Below are positions 1-11,027 of a stretch of DNA of 20,000 nt, in pieces. The position numbers and the translations under genes are program-made. The notes below the pieces were generated by a model. It was not told the DNA's origin and did no database searches. It saw nothing but the letters and a program-made list of their open reading frames with translations. Numbering within the stretch: position 1 is the stretch's first letter; each line of letters opens with the position of its first letter. Source of the DNA: Chiloscyllium plagiosum (Eukaryota); contig NC_057719.1 of the NCBI RefSeq assembly GCF_004010195.1, positions 89,689,319-89,709,318 on the forward strand, read 5' to 3'.

Positions 1-382
1 GATGCAGAAAATCCTTCACAAAGTTAAACTTTTATTTGCAAATACAAGCTGTGGCAATCAATCAATGTCTTTCCTGTCTGCCCCCGATTCTTGAGGCCAC
101 TACTTTTTATACTTTTGTAGTTTCTGCACTTATCTGATAGCATTAGCATAACCAATCATATGAGCTTGCTTTGTCTTTCTAAACTATGCCTCTTCTGCCA
201 CATAGGTTAAGTGTAAGCAACAGACCAATCCCGTTACACCACCATCGTCTTTAGCATTAGCTCATCTATCAGTGATTTAACTACCATTTACTGTTTCTGG
301 AGCCCAGTAACATGATCCTGTGCATGCATTATACCACTAAGTTAACTATATAACTGCGAAATTATTTTCCATATATTCCATA
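1..382 (-). mobile_element. Probable solo LTR (ERV/Gypsy-like), truncated by the window start
   Basis: Minus-strand order of CCAAT box (151-157), TATAAAAA (104-111) and AATAAA (31-36) matches the bounded LTR at 2106-2781. Ends near ...TTCCA(TA) at 380-382, where CR1 homology begins. The other terminus and the TSD lie outside the window. Confidence 0.5.
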
Positions 383-383
383 T

Positions 384-1118
384 GAGAAGGGGGCTATAGA
401 AAAACTGAATGGCTTGAAAGTGGATAAATCACCTGGATCAGTTGGACTGGACCCCTAGGGGAGATAGTTGAAGAGATGGTGGTGGTGTTAGTGGTGATCT
501 TTCGGGAATCACTAGAGTCCGGGAGGATCCCAGAGGACTTGAAAATTGCTAATGTGATACCCCTGTTTAAAAAGGGAGTAAGGCAAAAGATGGAAAGTTG
601 CAAACCAATTAGCCTGACCTCAGATTAGAATCTGGAACCCATTGTGAAGGATGAGATTTCTGGATACTTGGAAGTGTATGGGAAAACAAGGCAAAGTCAG
701 CATGGTTTCATTAAGGGGAGGTCTTATTTGAGGAAGTATCTACCTGGAGTTCAAGAAGGCCTTTGACAACGTGACACACAGGAGGCTATTGAATAAAATA
801 AGGGCCCATGGTGTCAGAGGCAAGGTGCTAGCATGCACAGAAGATTGGCTGTCTGACAGAAAACAGAGAGCGGGAATAAAAGGATCTTTCTAGATGCCTG
901 CCAGTGATTAGTGGTGTTCCACAAGGCCTCGTGTTGGGACCACATCTTTTCAATTTATACAGAAACAATCAAGATGAAGGAACTGAGTGCATTCTGGCTG
1001 TGTTTGTAGATGATACACAGAGGGACAGGTAGCATTTAGGAGGTGAGGAGGCAGGGAGGCTGCAGGATTTGGACAGGTTAGTAGAGTGGGTAAGGAAGTA
1101 GCAGATGGAGTATAATGT
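384..1118 (+). mobile_element. Decayed CR1-clade LINE ORF2 fragment (RT domain)
   Basis: Reads across frameshifts as KLNGLKVDKSPG..., IFRESLESGRIPEDLKIANVIPLFKKG, QHGF.KGRS, FKKAFD, SGVPQG.VLGP, FVDDT, EW.RK*QMEYNV. These are CR1 RT motifs with stops and indels. Confidence 0.9.
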
Positions 1119-2105
1119 AGAACATTAAGCGCAGTGCAGACTCTTCAGGCCTTGATGTTGTAACCAATCTGAAGCCCATCTAACCTACACTATTCCATTA
1201 TGATCCTTATGTTTATCTAATGACTGTTTAAATGCCCTTAAAGTTGGCAAGTCTACTACTGTTGCAGGCAGGGCATTCCACACCCTCTGTGTAAAGAAAC
1301 TACCTTTAACATCTCTCCTATATCTATTACTCCTCAATTTAAAGCTATGTCCCTCATGCTAGCCATCACCATCTGAGGAAAAAGGCTCTCACTGTCCACT
1401 CTATCTAATTCTCTGATCATCTTGTATGTCTCTATTAAACCACGTCTCAACCTTCTTCTCTGTAATGAAAACAGCCTCAAGTCCCTCAGCCTTTCCTCAT
1501 AAGACTTTCCCTCCATACTAGGCAACGTCCTGGTAAATCTCCTCTGCACCCTTTCTAATGCTCACACATCCTATAATGTGGCGACCAGAACTGTACGCAG
1601 TACTCCAAGTGTGACCGCACCAGAGTTTTGTACAGCCATGACCTCATGGCTCCAAAACTCATTACCTCTACCAATAGAAGCTAACACACAGGGTGCTTTC
1701 TTAACAACCCTATCAACCTGGGTGGCAAGTTTCAGGGATCTATGTAAATGGAGACCAAGATCTCTCTGCTCATCTGCATTACCAAGAATCTTACCATTAG
1801 CCTGGTACACTGTATTCCGGTTACTCATTCCAAAGTGAATCACCTCACACTTATCAACATTTGACTCTGCCACCATCAGCCCATCTCTGCAACTTATCTA
1901 TGTCCCTCTGTAACCTGCAACATCAATGTAACCAGCACTGTCCATGACTCCACCGACCTTAGGGTTATCTGCAAATTTACTAACCAATTCTTCTATGCCC
2001 TCATCCAGCTCATTTATAAAAATGACAAAACAGTGGCCCCAAAACAGATCCTTGCGATACACCACTAATAATTGAACTCCGGGATCAAAGTTTCCCATCA
2101 ACCAC

Positions 2106-2781
2106 TGACGATCTCGACCCTCGGCAGAGTCTCTCAGTTCCGCGATCGGTCAATAAACACTTGCAATTGGTCTGGTTCTTAACGACTTCACACTTTATTT
2201 CTCATACAGCTGGACACAGATCGTCCAGAAACAGAGGTTAAACATTTTTATGCTCCTCAGACGAGCTGCACACATGGCTTAAAACAAAGACTTTTTATAG
2301 TTTTCTTAAAGAGAGGTACAGGCCGTAATTGTACAGTACATTCAAACAATGACCAATCAATTAACAAAATGGTTTTATTGAAAGCAGCTCAGCCAAATGA
2401 TATTTCCTGGGAACCAATTTTGTTTTCTAACACATAAGCCACTCTTATCTCACGAACCAAGTCTGCACCTGCATTTGAAGGTCAGTTAGGATGGCCAGTA
2501 ATGTCCTATCTTAGTTATTTCTATGCTGTAAAGTAAGCATTGTCTGCTAATCTTTGTTGAGGCAGATTGTGGTCAGTAAATTATGCAGCTTTAGCAGGGT
2601 TAAAAGCCATTTTATGCAGCTTTAAGCAGAATTGTCAATTTGCAGCCTACAAGCCATTTTGTCATGTTATTTGCATTAAGAAGACATTTTCTTGTCACCT
2701 AAGTTAATAAGAGCATGTATTAGGTGGTTGTTCCTGACAACAGCTAGTTACCTCAGCCTGTATTCAGGTTTCAGATCCTCA
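2106..2781 (-). mobile_element. Complete 676-bp solo LTR (ERV1- or Gypsy-type)
   Basis: TG...CA ends with an imperfect terminal inverted repeat TGACGATCT/AGATCCTCA (8/9). 4-bp TSD CCAC (2102-2105, 2782-2785). Excision restores CR1 'catcaaccaccaccctctgtc'. Contains CCAAT (2353-2357), minus-strand TATAAAAA (2292-2299) and AATAAA (2194-2199). Confidence 0.85.
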
Positions 2782-2808
2782 CCACCACCCTCTGTCTTCT
2801 TTCAGCTG

Positions 2809-3098
2809 AAGTTAAAAATCACACAACACCAGGTTATAGTCCAACAGAAACTATCATGGTATTCTAACAGTTGAAAGACTTAACAATCAATTTTTCAATG
2901 TATAATTTCAGTTACATCACACTAAGTTTTTGCTATAAATTCTGTGTGTTAGGATTGAGCCCTCCACTATCACCTGATGAAGGAGTGACGCTCCGAAAGC
3001 TAGTGTGCTTCCAATTAAATCTGTTGGTTTATAACCTGGTGTTGTGTGATTTTTAACTTTGTACACCCCAGTCCAACACCAGCATCTCCAAATCATGA
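2809..3098 (+). mobile_element. Short non-coding Penelope-like element (pLTR with inverted 5' piece, hammerhead and 3' tail)
   Basis: 13-bp TSD CTTCTTTCAGCTG (2796-2808, 3099-3111). 39-bp inverted repeat 2809-2847 / 3021-3059 (2 mismatches), then a 39-nt unpaired tail. Same family as the GIY-YIG-linked pLTRs at 15096-17391. Confidence 0.85.
2971..3005 (+). ncRNA. Minimal type I hammerhead ribozyme
   Basis: CAC-CTGATGA-A-GGAG(tgacg)CTCC-GAA-AGCT-A-GTG: conserved core, stem II, palindromic stem III (AGCT) and 3-bp stem I (CAC/GTG). Confidence 0.8.
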
Positions 3099-3777
3099 CT
3101 TCTTTCAGCTGGCAATTCCTGATCCAAACTGCTAAAACACCCTCAATCCCATACCTCCATATTTTGTGCCTGTCGTGGGGAAACTTATCAAATGCTTTAC
3201 TGAAATCCATATACACCACATCAACCGCTTTACCCTCATTCACCTGTTTGGTCACCTTCTCAAAGAACTCTTCACACAACCTGTTAACTATCTCTAATCA
3301 AATTATTCCTTTCCAGATGATTATAAATCCTATCTCATCATTTCCAACACTTTACCCATAACTGAACGGAGACTCACTAGTCCCTCATTACCAGGGTAGT
3401 CTCTACTCCCCTTCGTGAACAAGGAGACAGTATTTGCTATTCTCCAGCCTTCTGGTACTGTTCATGTAGACAATGATGATATAAAGATCAAAGCTGAAGG
3501 TTCTGCATTCTCCTCCCTAGCTTCCCAGAGAATCCGAGATAAGTCCCCTTGGCTTGATGTGATTTATCCTATTTTCACACTTTTCCAGAATTGTTAACAC
3601 CTTTTTATGAACGTCAATCCCGTCTAGTTTAATAGCCTGTATCCCCATATATTGCTTGACAACATTGTCATTTTTCAGTGTGAATATTGATGAAACATAT
3701 TCGTTTAGAGCTTCTTCTACCTCCTTGGACACCATGCCACTACTTCCCACTACTGTCCTTGACTGGCCTTAATCTTA

Positions 3778-3980
3778 GGAGAAAGTGAGCACTGCAGATG
3801 CTGGAGATCAGAGTCGAAGAGTATGCTGCTAGAAAAGCACAAATGATGAGGCAGTAGCAGGAGAGTCAACGTTTTGGGCATAAGTCCTTCATCAGGAATG
3901 AGTCTTGTTGACCTAGGGGGCTGAGAGATAAATGGGAAAGGGAGATGGGGCTGGAGGGAAGGTGTGTGGGAATGTGATAG
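3778..3980 (-). mobile_element. Penelope-like element 3' end/pLTR (second family) with a decayed hammerhead
   Basis: The reverse complement ends ...CTCCAGCATCTGCAGTGCTCACTTTCTCC, like the tail at 12852-12885. 3899-3980 is an inverted copy of 5222-5298, which lies directly downstream of a GIY-YIG ORF remnant. Confidence 0.8.
3865..3898 (-). ncRNA. Degenerate minimal hammerhead ribozyme
   Basis: Minus strand reads TTC-CTGATGA-A-GGAC(ttat)GCCC-AAA-ACGT-T-GA. The core G of GAAA is mutated and stem II has a mismatch, so it is probably inactive. Confidence 0.6.
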
Positions 3981-4546
3981 TTTTATTTTTGTCAAGTATT
4001 CACACTGGAAAATGACAATGCTTAGATTAGATTCCCTACAGTGTGGAAACAGGCCCTTTGGCCCAACAAGTCCACACCGACTCTCTGAAGACTAACCCAC
4101 CCAAACCCATTTCCCTCCGAATGATGTACTATGGGCAATTTAGCATGGCCAATTCACCTAACCTGCACATCTTTGGAATGTGGGAGGAAACCAGAGTGCC
4201 TGGAGGGAACCCATGCAGACACAGGGAAAATGTATCTCCACACTGACAGTCACCTGAGGCTGGAGTCGACCCTGGGACCCTGGTGCTGTGAGGCAGCAGT
4301 GCTAACCACTGAGCCACCATGCCGCCATGTTGTCAAAGAATATATGGAGATACATGCTATTAGACTAGTCAGAATTGAGGTTCATGAGGAGATGTTAGCA
4401 ATTGTGTTAAGTGTGAAAATTGATAAGTCCCCTTGGATGTGATTTATCCTATGATTCTCCATGAAGCTAGGGAGGAGACTGCAGAACCTTTTGTTGTGAT
4501 CTTTATGTCATTGCCTACAGGAATAGTGCCAGAAGACTGGAAGGTA
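3981..4546 (+). mobile_element. CR1 ORF2 fragment, an inverted counterpart of about 3438-3699, interrupted by a SINE
   Basis: 'tattcacactggaaaatgacaatg|ttgtcaaagaatatatggagatac...ccagaagactgg' aligns to the reverse complement of 3438-3699. Encodes VKIDKSP..DVIYPMILHEAREE.AEP..VIF...GIVPEDWK. Confidence 0.8.
4021..4326 (-). mobile_element. tRNA-derived SINE, HE1-like (V-SINE), full length
   Basis: Minus-strand head GGCGGCATGGTGGCTCAGTGGTTAGCAC has A box TGGCTCAGTGG and a B-box-like GGGTCGACTCC. Central domain GGGTTCCCTCCAGGCACTCTGGTTTCCTCCCAC. CR1-like 3' tail ends in (AATCT)n. Short ATG duplication at the flanks. Confidence 0.92.
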
Positions 4547-5298
4547 ATCACCGCATCATCATCCACCATTTCCGCTACTGATAAACAGACCCCACTACCA
4601 GAGGTATATTTCCCTCCCCACCACTATCTGTGTTTTGGAGAGACCATGACTCCCTTGTCAGGTCCATGCCCCCCACCAACCCACCCTCCCCTCCTGGCAT
4701 CTTCCCCTGCCATCGCAAGAAGTGCAAAGCCTGCACCCACAATCACACCACACACACCCACCCCCCGCCAATCACTGTTCAAGCTCGCAAAGGATCCTTC
4801 CATATCTGACAGAAATTTACTTGTACTTCTACACGTCATCTACTGCATCCGTTGCACCCGATGTGTGCTCCTTTATATTGGGGAGACAGAACACCAATTT
4901 GTGGATCATTTCAGAGAACATCTCTGGGACAACAGCACTAATCAAACCCACCGCTCTGTGGCTGAACACTTTAAGTCCCCCTTCCATTCCCCAAGGACAT
5001 CGCCAAACCCTAACCACCTGATGCCTGGAGGAAGATTGCTGCATCTTCTGCCTTGGGATCCTCTAACCACATGGGATCAATGTGGATTTCACTAGATTCC
5101 CCATTTTCCCTCCCCCTACCTTATTCCAGTCCCAATCTTCCAACTTGGCACCGCCCTCTTGAACAGTCATAACTGTCCATCTTTCTTCCCACCTATCACT
5201 TTGGCCCCCACCTTAATCTACCTATCACATTCCCAGCTACCTTCTCCCAGCCCCACCCCCTCCCATTTATCTCTCAGCCCCATTGGTCCACAAGACTC
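4547..5298 (+). mobile_element. Penelope-like (Neptune-type) fragment: Cys-rich linker, GIY-YIG endonuclease and 3' UTR, decayed
   Basis: PCHRKKCKAC linker, then HVIYCIRCTRCVLLYIGETEHQFVDHFREH...SVAEHF.SP.HS and PHGINVDF across frameshifts. Confidence 0.85.
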
Positions 5299-6451
5299 TA
5301 GTCATTCTTTTATTCCTAATATACCTATGGGAAGCTTTAGAGTTTTCCTTGATTTTACCTGCCAAAGACTTCTCACATTCCTTTCCTGGCTCTTCTTAGC
5401 TCTCGCTTTAGGTCCTTCCTGGCTAACTTTAACTCTCAAGCGCCCTAACTGACCTTTCACGTCTTATCTTTACAGAAGCCTTCTTCCTCTTCATAAGAGA
5501 TTCAACTTCTTTCGTAAACCATGGTTCCCTTGTTCAACCACTTCCTCCCTGCCTGACAGGTACATACTTATCGAGGACACGCAATTGCTGTTCCTTGAAC
5601 AAGCTCCATGTTTCAATTGTGCCCATCCCCTGCAGTTTCCTTCTCCATCCTATGCATCCTAAATCTTGCTTAATAACTCTTGCCCTGCAGTGTTTACCTA
5701 TCCCTTTCCATCACTAAAGTAAACATAACTGAATTGTGGTCACTATCACCAAAGTGCTCACCTACCTCCAAATCTAACACCTGACTTGGTTCATTACCCA
5801 GTATCAAATCTAATGTTTTTTTTTGTTGATCTATCTACATACTGTCAGGAAAGCCTCCTGCACACATTGGACAAAACCTGACCTATCTAAAGTACTCAAA
5901 CAATAGCATTTCCAGTCAATATTTGGAAAGTTAAAGTCCCCCATAACAACTACCCTGTTACTTTCGCTCCTAACCAGTATCATCCTTGTAATCCTTTCCT
6001 CTACATCTCTGGAACTTTTTGGAGGCCTATAGAAAACTCTCAACAGGGTGACTTCTGCTTTCTTGTTACTAACCTCAGTAGATGAGTCTCCATCAAACAT
6101 CCTTTCTGCCACCGTAATACTGTCCTTGCCACACCTCCCTCTCTTTTACCACCTTCCCTGTTCTTACTGAAACATCTAAACCCCGAAACCTGAACAACCA
6201 TTACTGTCCCTGCTCTATCCATGTCTCTGAAATGGCCACAATATCGAAGTCCCAGGTACCAAGTCATGCTGCAAGTTCACCTCCCTTCTTGCGAATGCTT
6301 TTAGTGTTGACATGGACACACTTCAAATCAGCTTCCTGCCTGCTGGTGCACTTGTGACCTTGAAACCTTATTTATGATCTCACTACTCTCAACCTCCTGT
6401 ACACTGGAGCTATAATTCAGGTTCCCATTCTCCTTCTGAATGGTAAAGTGT

Positions 6452-6778
6452 GGAGGGTTGTTTTTCAGACTGGAAAGCACAGGGATCAGTGCTGGGTCTG
6501 CTGACATTTGTCATTTTTATTAACAATTTGGATAAGAATATAGGAAACATGGTTCATAAGTTTGTAGATATACCAAATTTGGTGTTCTAGAAGACAGTGA
6601 AGAAGATGATCTAAAATTGCAAAGGAACTTTAATCAATTGCGGCGATGGGTCGACGAGTGGCAGATGGATGTTAATTGAGATAAATGTGAGGCGTTGCAT
6701 TTGATGAACAGGGCAAAACTTACACAGTTAATGGTAGGGCCTGTGGAGAGTTATTGAACAGAGAGGCCGAGGGATTTA
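6452..6778 (+). mobile_element. Decayed CR1 RT fragment (start of duplicated unit A)
   Basis: EGCFSDW...QGSVLG.L.FVIFINNLD...KFVD...W.DEWQM..N.DKCE.LH motifs. Confidence 0.8.
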
Positions 6779-6821
6779 TAGGACCTCTACAGAGCGGAAG
6801 CAAGCCATCAAACCCACACCA

Positions 6822-7735
6822 TTCCAACCGGGGTTTACAGATACCACTTTTAAACTCTGGAGATCCAGGGGTCTCTCATGTCTCGGGGACCTATTTAAAG
6901 ATGGGATCCTGATGTCTTTTGAACAGCTGCATCAGAAATTCGGATTACCTAATGGAGACCTCTATCGATACTTCCAAATTCAAGACTATATACAGAAGAA
7001 GACTACGTTATTAGATAGTCTTTATAAATCAGATCGAGAATGTAGAGTACTACGACCAATGGGGGTATCCTCCATCAGTACTATTTATCATTTACTACAT
7101 GAATAAGTATCAGGAGATATGGACAATCTGCTTAAAACATGGGATCAGGAATTGGGACTAGAAATCTCTATAGAAACGTAGAATGACATTTGGGAAAAGG
7201 CCAGAAGAATCACCATCTGTTACAGAACTCAGGCTATCCAGCTGAAGATACTTCATAGGGCCCATATAGCACTGGATCGATTGGCAAAATTTAAGGCAGG
7301 GGCATCTCCAATGTGTCCCAAATGTAAAATAGAGGTGGGCACTCTTGTACATTGTCTATGGACCTGTCATAAGATCCGTAGATACTGGACTAAAGTAGCA
7401 AGTGCCCTGACAGAAATTTTAGGAATGGAAATTAAAGTGGATCCCGTATCTCTCCTTTTGGGCTTTTCGAACTTATCCTCCCTGGACATGCACGGGAAGA
7501 GACTATTTTCTATTCTCTCTTTCTGTGCAAGGAAAAATATTTTGGTAAACTGGGTGGCTGAGGGGCCCCCTGGACTTTCAAATTGGCACAGATTAATTAT
7601 GGAATGTATTCCTCTTGACTTCCTTACAAATATGGTGCATCGAAAGACCGAATTATTTTATAAAAATATGGCAGCCCTTCTTGAATTATATGAATACAGA
7701 TATTTTGGCTATTCTAACAAGGGCTTTTATTTAAT
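6822..7735 (+). pseudogene. L1-clade ORF2 C-terminal region with CCHC zinc knuckle; contains stops and a frameshift
   Basis: FQPGFTDTTFKLWRSRGL...MSFEQLHQKFGLP..DLYRYFQIQDY...QLKILHRAH...CPKCKIEVGTLVHCLWTCHKIRRYW. In-frame stops near 7104 and 7179. A +1 frameshift near 7665 relative to the copy at 19726-19917. Confidence 0.8.
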
Positions 7736-8101
7736 TGAGATTACGGACCTGGCTGATCCGGGGCCCCTTGGGAGAGGAATCCCGCACGAATATGGGTTTT
7801 GTTACATTTGATGTTAACACATTCCGAGCATGTATATTACTACCCAATTTCTATGTTATCCGCTGTTTTTTTTTTCTCTTTCTCTTATTTGAATAATGCA
7901 AGAGACTTAAATATACACTCTGGTTAGATTAGTAGTTAGTTGAGTTTTTTTTTCTCGGTATTTTTCTTTTGTTAAATTTTGGTTATATATTTAAGATTTA
8001 ATTGTATATCAATATTTGTACTTGAGTTTTGTTTATCTTTGTAAACTTGTAAAAATGCTAAATTTCTAATAAAAATATCTATTAAAAAAATTTTTTTTAA
8101 A
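6822..8101 (+). mobile_element. 5'-truncated L1-clade LINE (ORF2 C-terminus, 3' UTR, A-rich tail)
   Basis: 12-bp TSD AAACCCACACCA (6810-6821, 8102-8113). AATAAA near 8068 followed by an A-rich tail. T-rich 3' UTR. ORF2 C-terminal remnant present. Confidence 0.88.
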
Positions 8102-8113
8102 AAACCCACACCA

Positions 8114-9370
8114 ATCAGTGCCATTTGCCTGACATGCAAAGATAGGTGTAGAAATCAACAAGCTGGAAAGCAAAGGAATCATCAAACCAGTACAGTTTGC
8201 CATACAAGTAGCACTGGTTGTACCAATTTTGGGTTGGTTCACCTTTGAAGAGGTTTCAAAGAAATTGTAAACAGCTTTTTTTCAGCTGGATAAACACCCA
8301 ATCCATCACACATCTGCTTTCACACTTCTGCCAGCGTATCAGTGCTCATGAAGCTGGATATGAGCCATGCTTACCTGCCATTGTGATCAGATGAGGATTC
8401 CCATGAGTATGCTACACAAATATGAGACTGCTTTGTGGGGTGCCATCAGCCTGTGCAATCTTCCAGGGAACAATGGAGAATATTCTTCAAGTTCAACCTC
8501 GGGGGTGATGGTGTAGCAGAAAGAAATCCTGATAGTGTATGTTACCCAGACTTTGGCTGATGTCAAATGAAAATACATTCAGATTGAGAAGGATGGTTTG
8601 GCATGAAAAAGGTCCACCAGTATCTTTGTAGACATCAATTTGTGATTGTAATGGACCACAAATGCCTGCTAGTTCTACTTGAAAAGGACAGGGCTCTCCC
8701 ACCTCAAGCTTTGGGTGAAATTCAGCAGTGAACCTTTATTAATTGCATGTACTTACAAGTTGGAACACTGACCGGGGGGGCCAAGTGATAAATGCGGATG
8801 CCTTATACCGCCTCTCAGATGTTGCCACTGCAAGAGTCCGTCTGTACACCCTTCTGGTCGAGAATTACAATATCCAACTGTAGATATGTATTGATACCTT
8901 CCTGGTGAAACTAAAGCTGCTGGTGATGGGGAAATAAAAGGGTCATCACAACCAGATTGAATCATTTCTGGTCCTGATGAGCCCAGATCACCATTGAGGA
9001 TGCCATACTAATATGAGCCGCAAGAGTGTTTGTGCCAAGCAAATGTCACTATCAGAGACAGGCTAAACTCCACCAGGATCATCCTGTGGTTTCCAAAATG
9101 AAGGTGTTGGTGAGAAGTTATGTCCAGTGGCCAGAATGGGTGGGGCAACAATTTGTGTCAGTGGCTCCATTACTTTCATGTGACTGGCCAGGTAAACCCG
9201 GGACACATCGACTATGCTGGTCCTTTTGTGGAGTCTATGCTTTTAATCATTGTGGACACACATTCATGGTGGTTGGACTTGCATGAAGTTCATTAGTCAA
9301 AAGTGAGGATGCCAATTGAAAGCTGTGAGCATCTTTTACAATACACGGACTGTGGATGTGTTGGTCACAG
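8114..9370 (+). mobile_element. Heavily decayed Ty3/Gypsy pol remnant (RT, RNase H, integrase); begins at about 6779, before the L1 insertion
   Basis: VPFA...INKLESKGIIKPVQF, KLDMSHAYL and SACAIFQ.TMENIL (RT). TLAD...YIQIEKDGLA, KKVHQYL and NADAL (RNase H). LHQDHP.VSKMK.LVRSYV.WP and HIDYAGPF..SM.LIIVD.HS.W (integrase). Confidence 0.82.
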
Positions 9371-11027
9371 ATATTAAGGTGGACAAGTCCCCAGGTCCAG
9401 ATGGGATCTATCCTAGGTTTCTGAAGGGAAGCAAGAGAGGAAATAGCTGGGGCCTTAACAGATATCTTTGCAGCATCCTTGAACACAGGTGATGTTCTGG
9501 AGGGCTAGAAAATTGCTAATCTTGTCCCCTTGTTTAAGAAGGGTAGCAGCGATAATCCAGGTATTTATAGGCCAGTGAGCCTGACATTAGTAGTAGGTAC
9601 GCTGCTGGAGAACATACTGAGGGATAGGATCTATTCCCATTTGGAAGAAAATGAGCTTACCAATGATGGGCAATATGGTTTTGTTCAGGGAAGGTCATGT
9701 CTTACAAACCTAATGGAATTCTTCGAGGAAATCTCAAGATTGATGAGGGAAGGGCTGTAGATGTCATAGACATGGACTTCAGTAAGGCGTTTGATAAGGT
9801 TCCCCATAGGCTGATGAAGATGGTGAAGTCGCATTGGGTCCAGGGTGTACTAGGTAGACGGATAGAGAATGTACTGCGCTGTATTCTTCTATGTTCTATG
9901 TTCTATGTTCTAAAGCGTTTGATAAGGTTCCCCATAGGCTGATGAAGATGGTGAAGTCGCATTGGGTCCAGGGTGTACTAGGTAGACGGATAGCGAACTG
10001 GCTGGGCAATGGGAGACAGAGAGTTGTAGTGGAAGGGAGCTTCTCAAAATGGAGAACTGTGACCTGTAGTGTTCCACAGGGATCCATGCTGGGACCACTG
10101 TTGTTTGTGACATACATAAATGATTTGGAGGAAGGTATAGGTGGTCTGATTAGCAAGTTTACAGATGGCACTAAGATTGGTGGAGTAGCAGATAGTGAAG
10201 GGGATTGTCAGAGAATATAGCAAAATCTAGATTGGAGAGTTGGGCAGAGAAATGGCAGACAGAGTTCAATTCTGGCAAATATGAGGTGATGCATTTTGGA
10301 AGCTCTTATTGAAGAGTGAACTATACAGTAAATTGGAAAAGTCTCAGGGAAAATTTATGTACAGAGAGATCAGAGTGTTCAGGTCCATTGTTCCCTGAAG
10401 GTGACAACACAGGTCAGTAGAGTGGTCAAAAAAGCATATGATATGCTTTCCTTCATCGATGGGGTATTGAGTACAAAAGTTGGCAAGTCATGTTACAGTT
10501 GTATAAGACTTTGATTTGGCCACATTTGGAACACAGTGTATAGTTCTGGTCACCAAATACCAAAAGGATATGGAAGCTTTGGAGAGATGCAGTGGAGGGT
10601 CACTAGAATGTTGCCTATTATGGAGGGTGCTAGCTATGAAGAGAGATTGAGTAGATTAGGATTATTTTCATTAGAAAGACAGAGTTTGAGAGGTCTACAA
10701 AATCATGAGAGGTACAGACAGGGTTTAGCAAGTAGCTTTTTCCCCCAGCGTGGGGGACTCAATTACTAGGGATCATGAGTTCAAAGTGAGAGGGGAATGT
10801 TTAGGGGAGATATGCGTGGAAAGTTCTTTACGCAGAGGGTGGTGGGTCCCTGGAACGCATTGCCAACAGAGGTGGAAAGGCGAGCATGATAGCATCATTT
10901 GAGACATATCTAGACAGATACATGAATGGGCAGGGAGCAAAGGGATACAGATCCTTAGAAAATAGGCAACAGGTTTAGGTAGAGGATCAGGATTGGTGCA
11001 GGCGCTGAGGGCTGAAGGGCCTGTTCC
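9371..11027 (+). mobile_element. CR1-clade LINE, RT through 3' UTR, decayed
   Basis: IKVDKSPGPDGIYPR, LFKKGSSDNPGIYRPVSLT, QYGFVQGRSCLTNL, MDFSKAFDKVPH, VPQGSMLGPLLF, SKFTDGTKIGG, YEERLSRLGLFSLE. 3' UTR ends ...GGGCTGAAGGGCCTGTTCC. Confidence 0.92.
9783..9997 (+). repeat. 87-bp direct repeat (9783-9869, 9911-9997) flanking a 41-nt CR1 3' tail with (TTCTATG)n
   Basis: The two copies differ at 2 positions. Spacer: TGTACTGCGCTGTATTCTTCTATGTTCTATGTTCTATGTTC. Confidence 0.92.

Larger units (their letters stand above)
1119..6443 (-). mobile_element. Near-complete ORF2 and 3' end of a CR1-clade (HER1-like) LINE, interrupted at 2106-2781, 2809-3098 and 3778-5296
   Basis: Minus-strand ORF remnants lie in the expected order: APE endonuclease (FSKNREGGKREGGVA; VVMGDFNFPNIDW, 5831-6267), linker (VEEALNEY.SSIFT), RT (AVDVVYMDFSKAFDK, SKFADNPKVGG, KCEV.HFG) and C-terminus (QRRFTR.LP...YEERL..L.LFSL), ending in a ...GCGCTTAATGTTCTA tail at about 1119. 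The sequence is continuous once the insertions are removed. Confidence 0.9.

Noticed and set aside
2809..3059. MITE or DNA transposon (also considered for 12680-12851 and 15138-17200)
   Set aside because: The inverted repeats are not terminal on both sides (single-sided tail), and the sequences are hammerhead-bearing pLTRs linked to GIY-YIG ORFs.
4240..4326. tRNA gene (also 14020-14091)
   Set aside because: The A/B boxes run directly into a SINE body and LINE-like tail, and there is no complete cloverleaf. These are SINE heads.
4433..5095. 220-aa ORF as a novel CR1/GIY-YIG fusion protein
   Set aside because: Chance read-through across a junction of decayed elements. It switches in and out of the true frames and has a non-ATG start.
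7281..7811. 176-aa zinc-finger host gene
   Set aside because: It is the C-terminus of L1 ORF2 inside a TSD-bounded, A-tailed insertion, with upstream stops and a frameshift.
8114..9370. Domesticated or active Gypsy-derived gene
   Set aside because: Many stops, frameshifts and deletions; catalytic RT motif deleted or mutated; no flanking LTRs seen.
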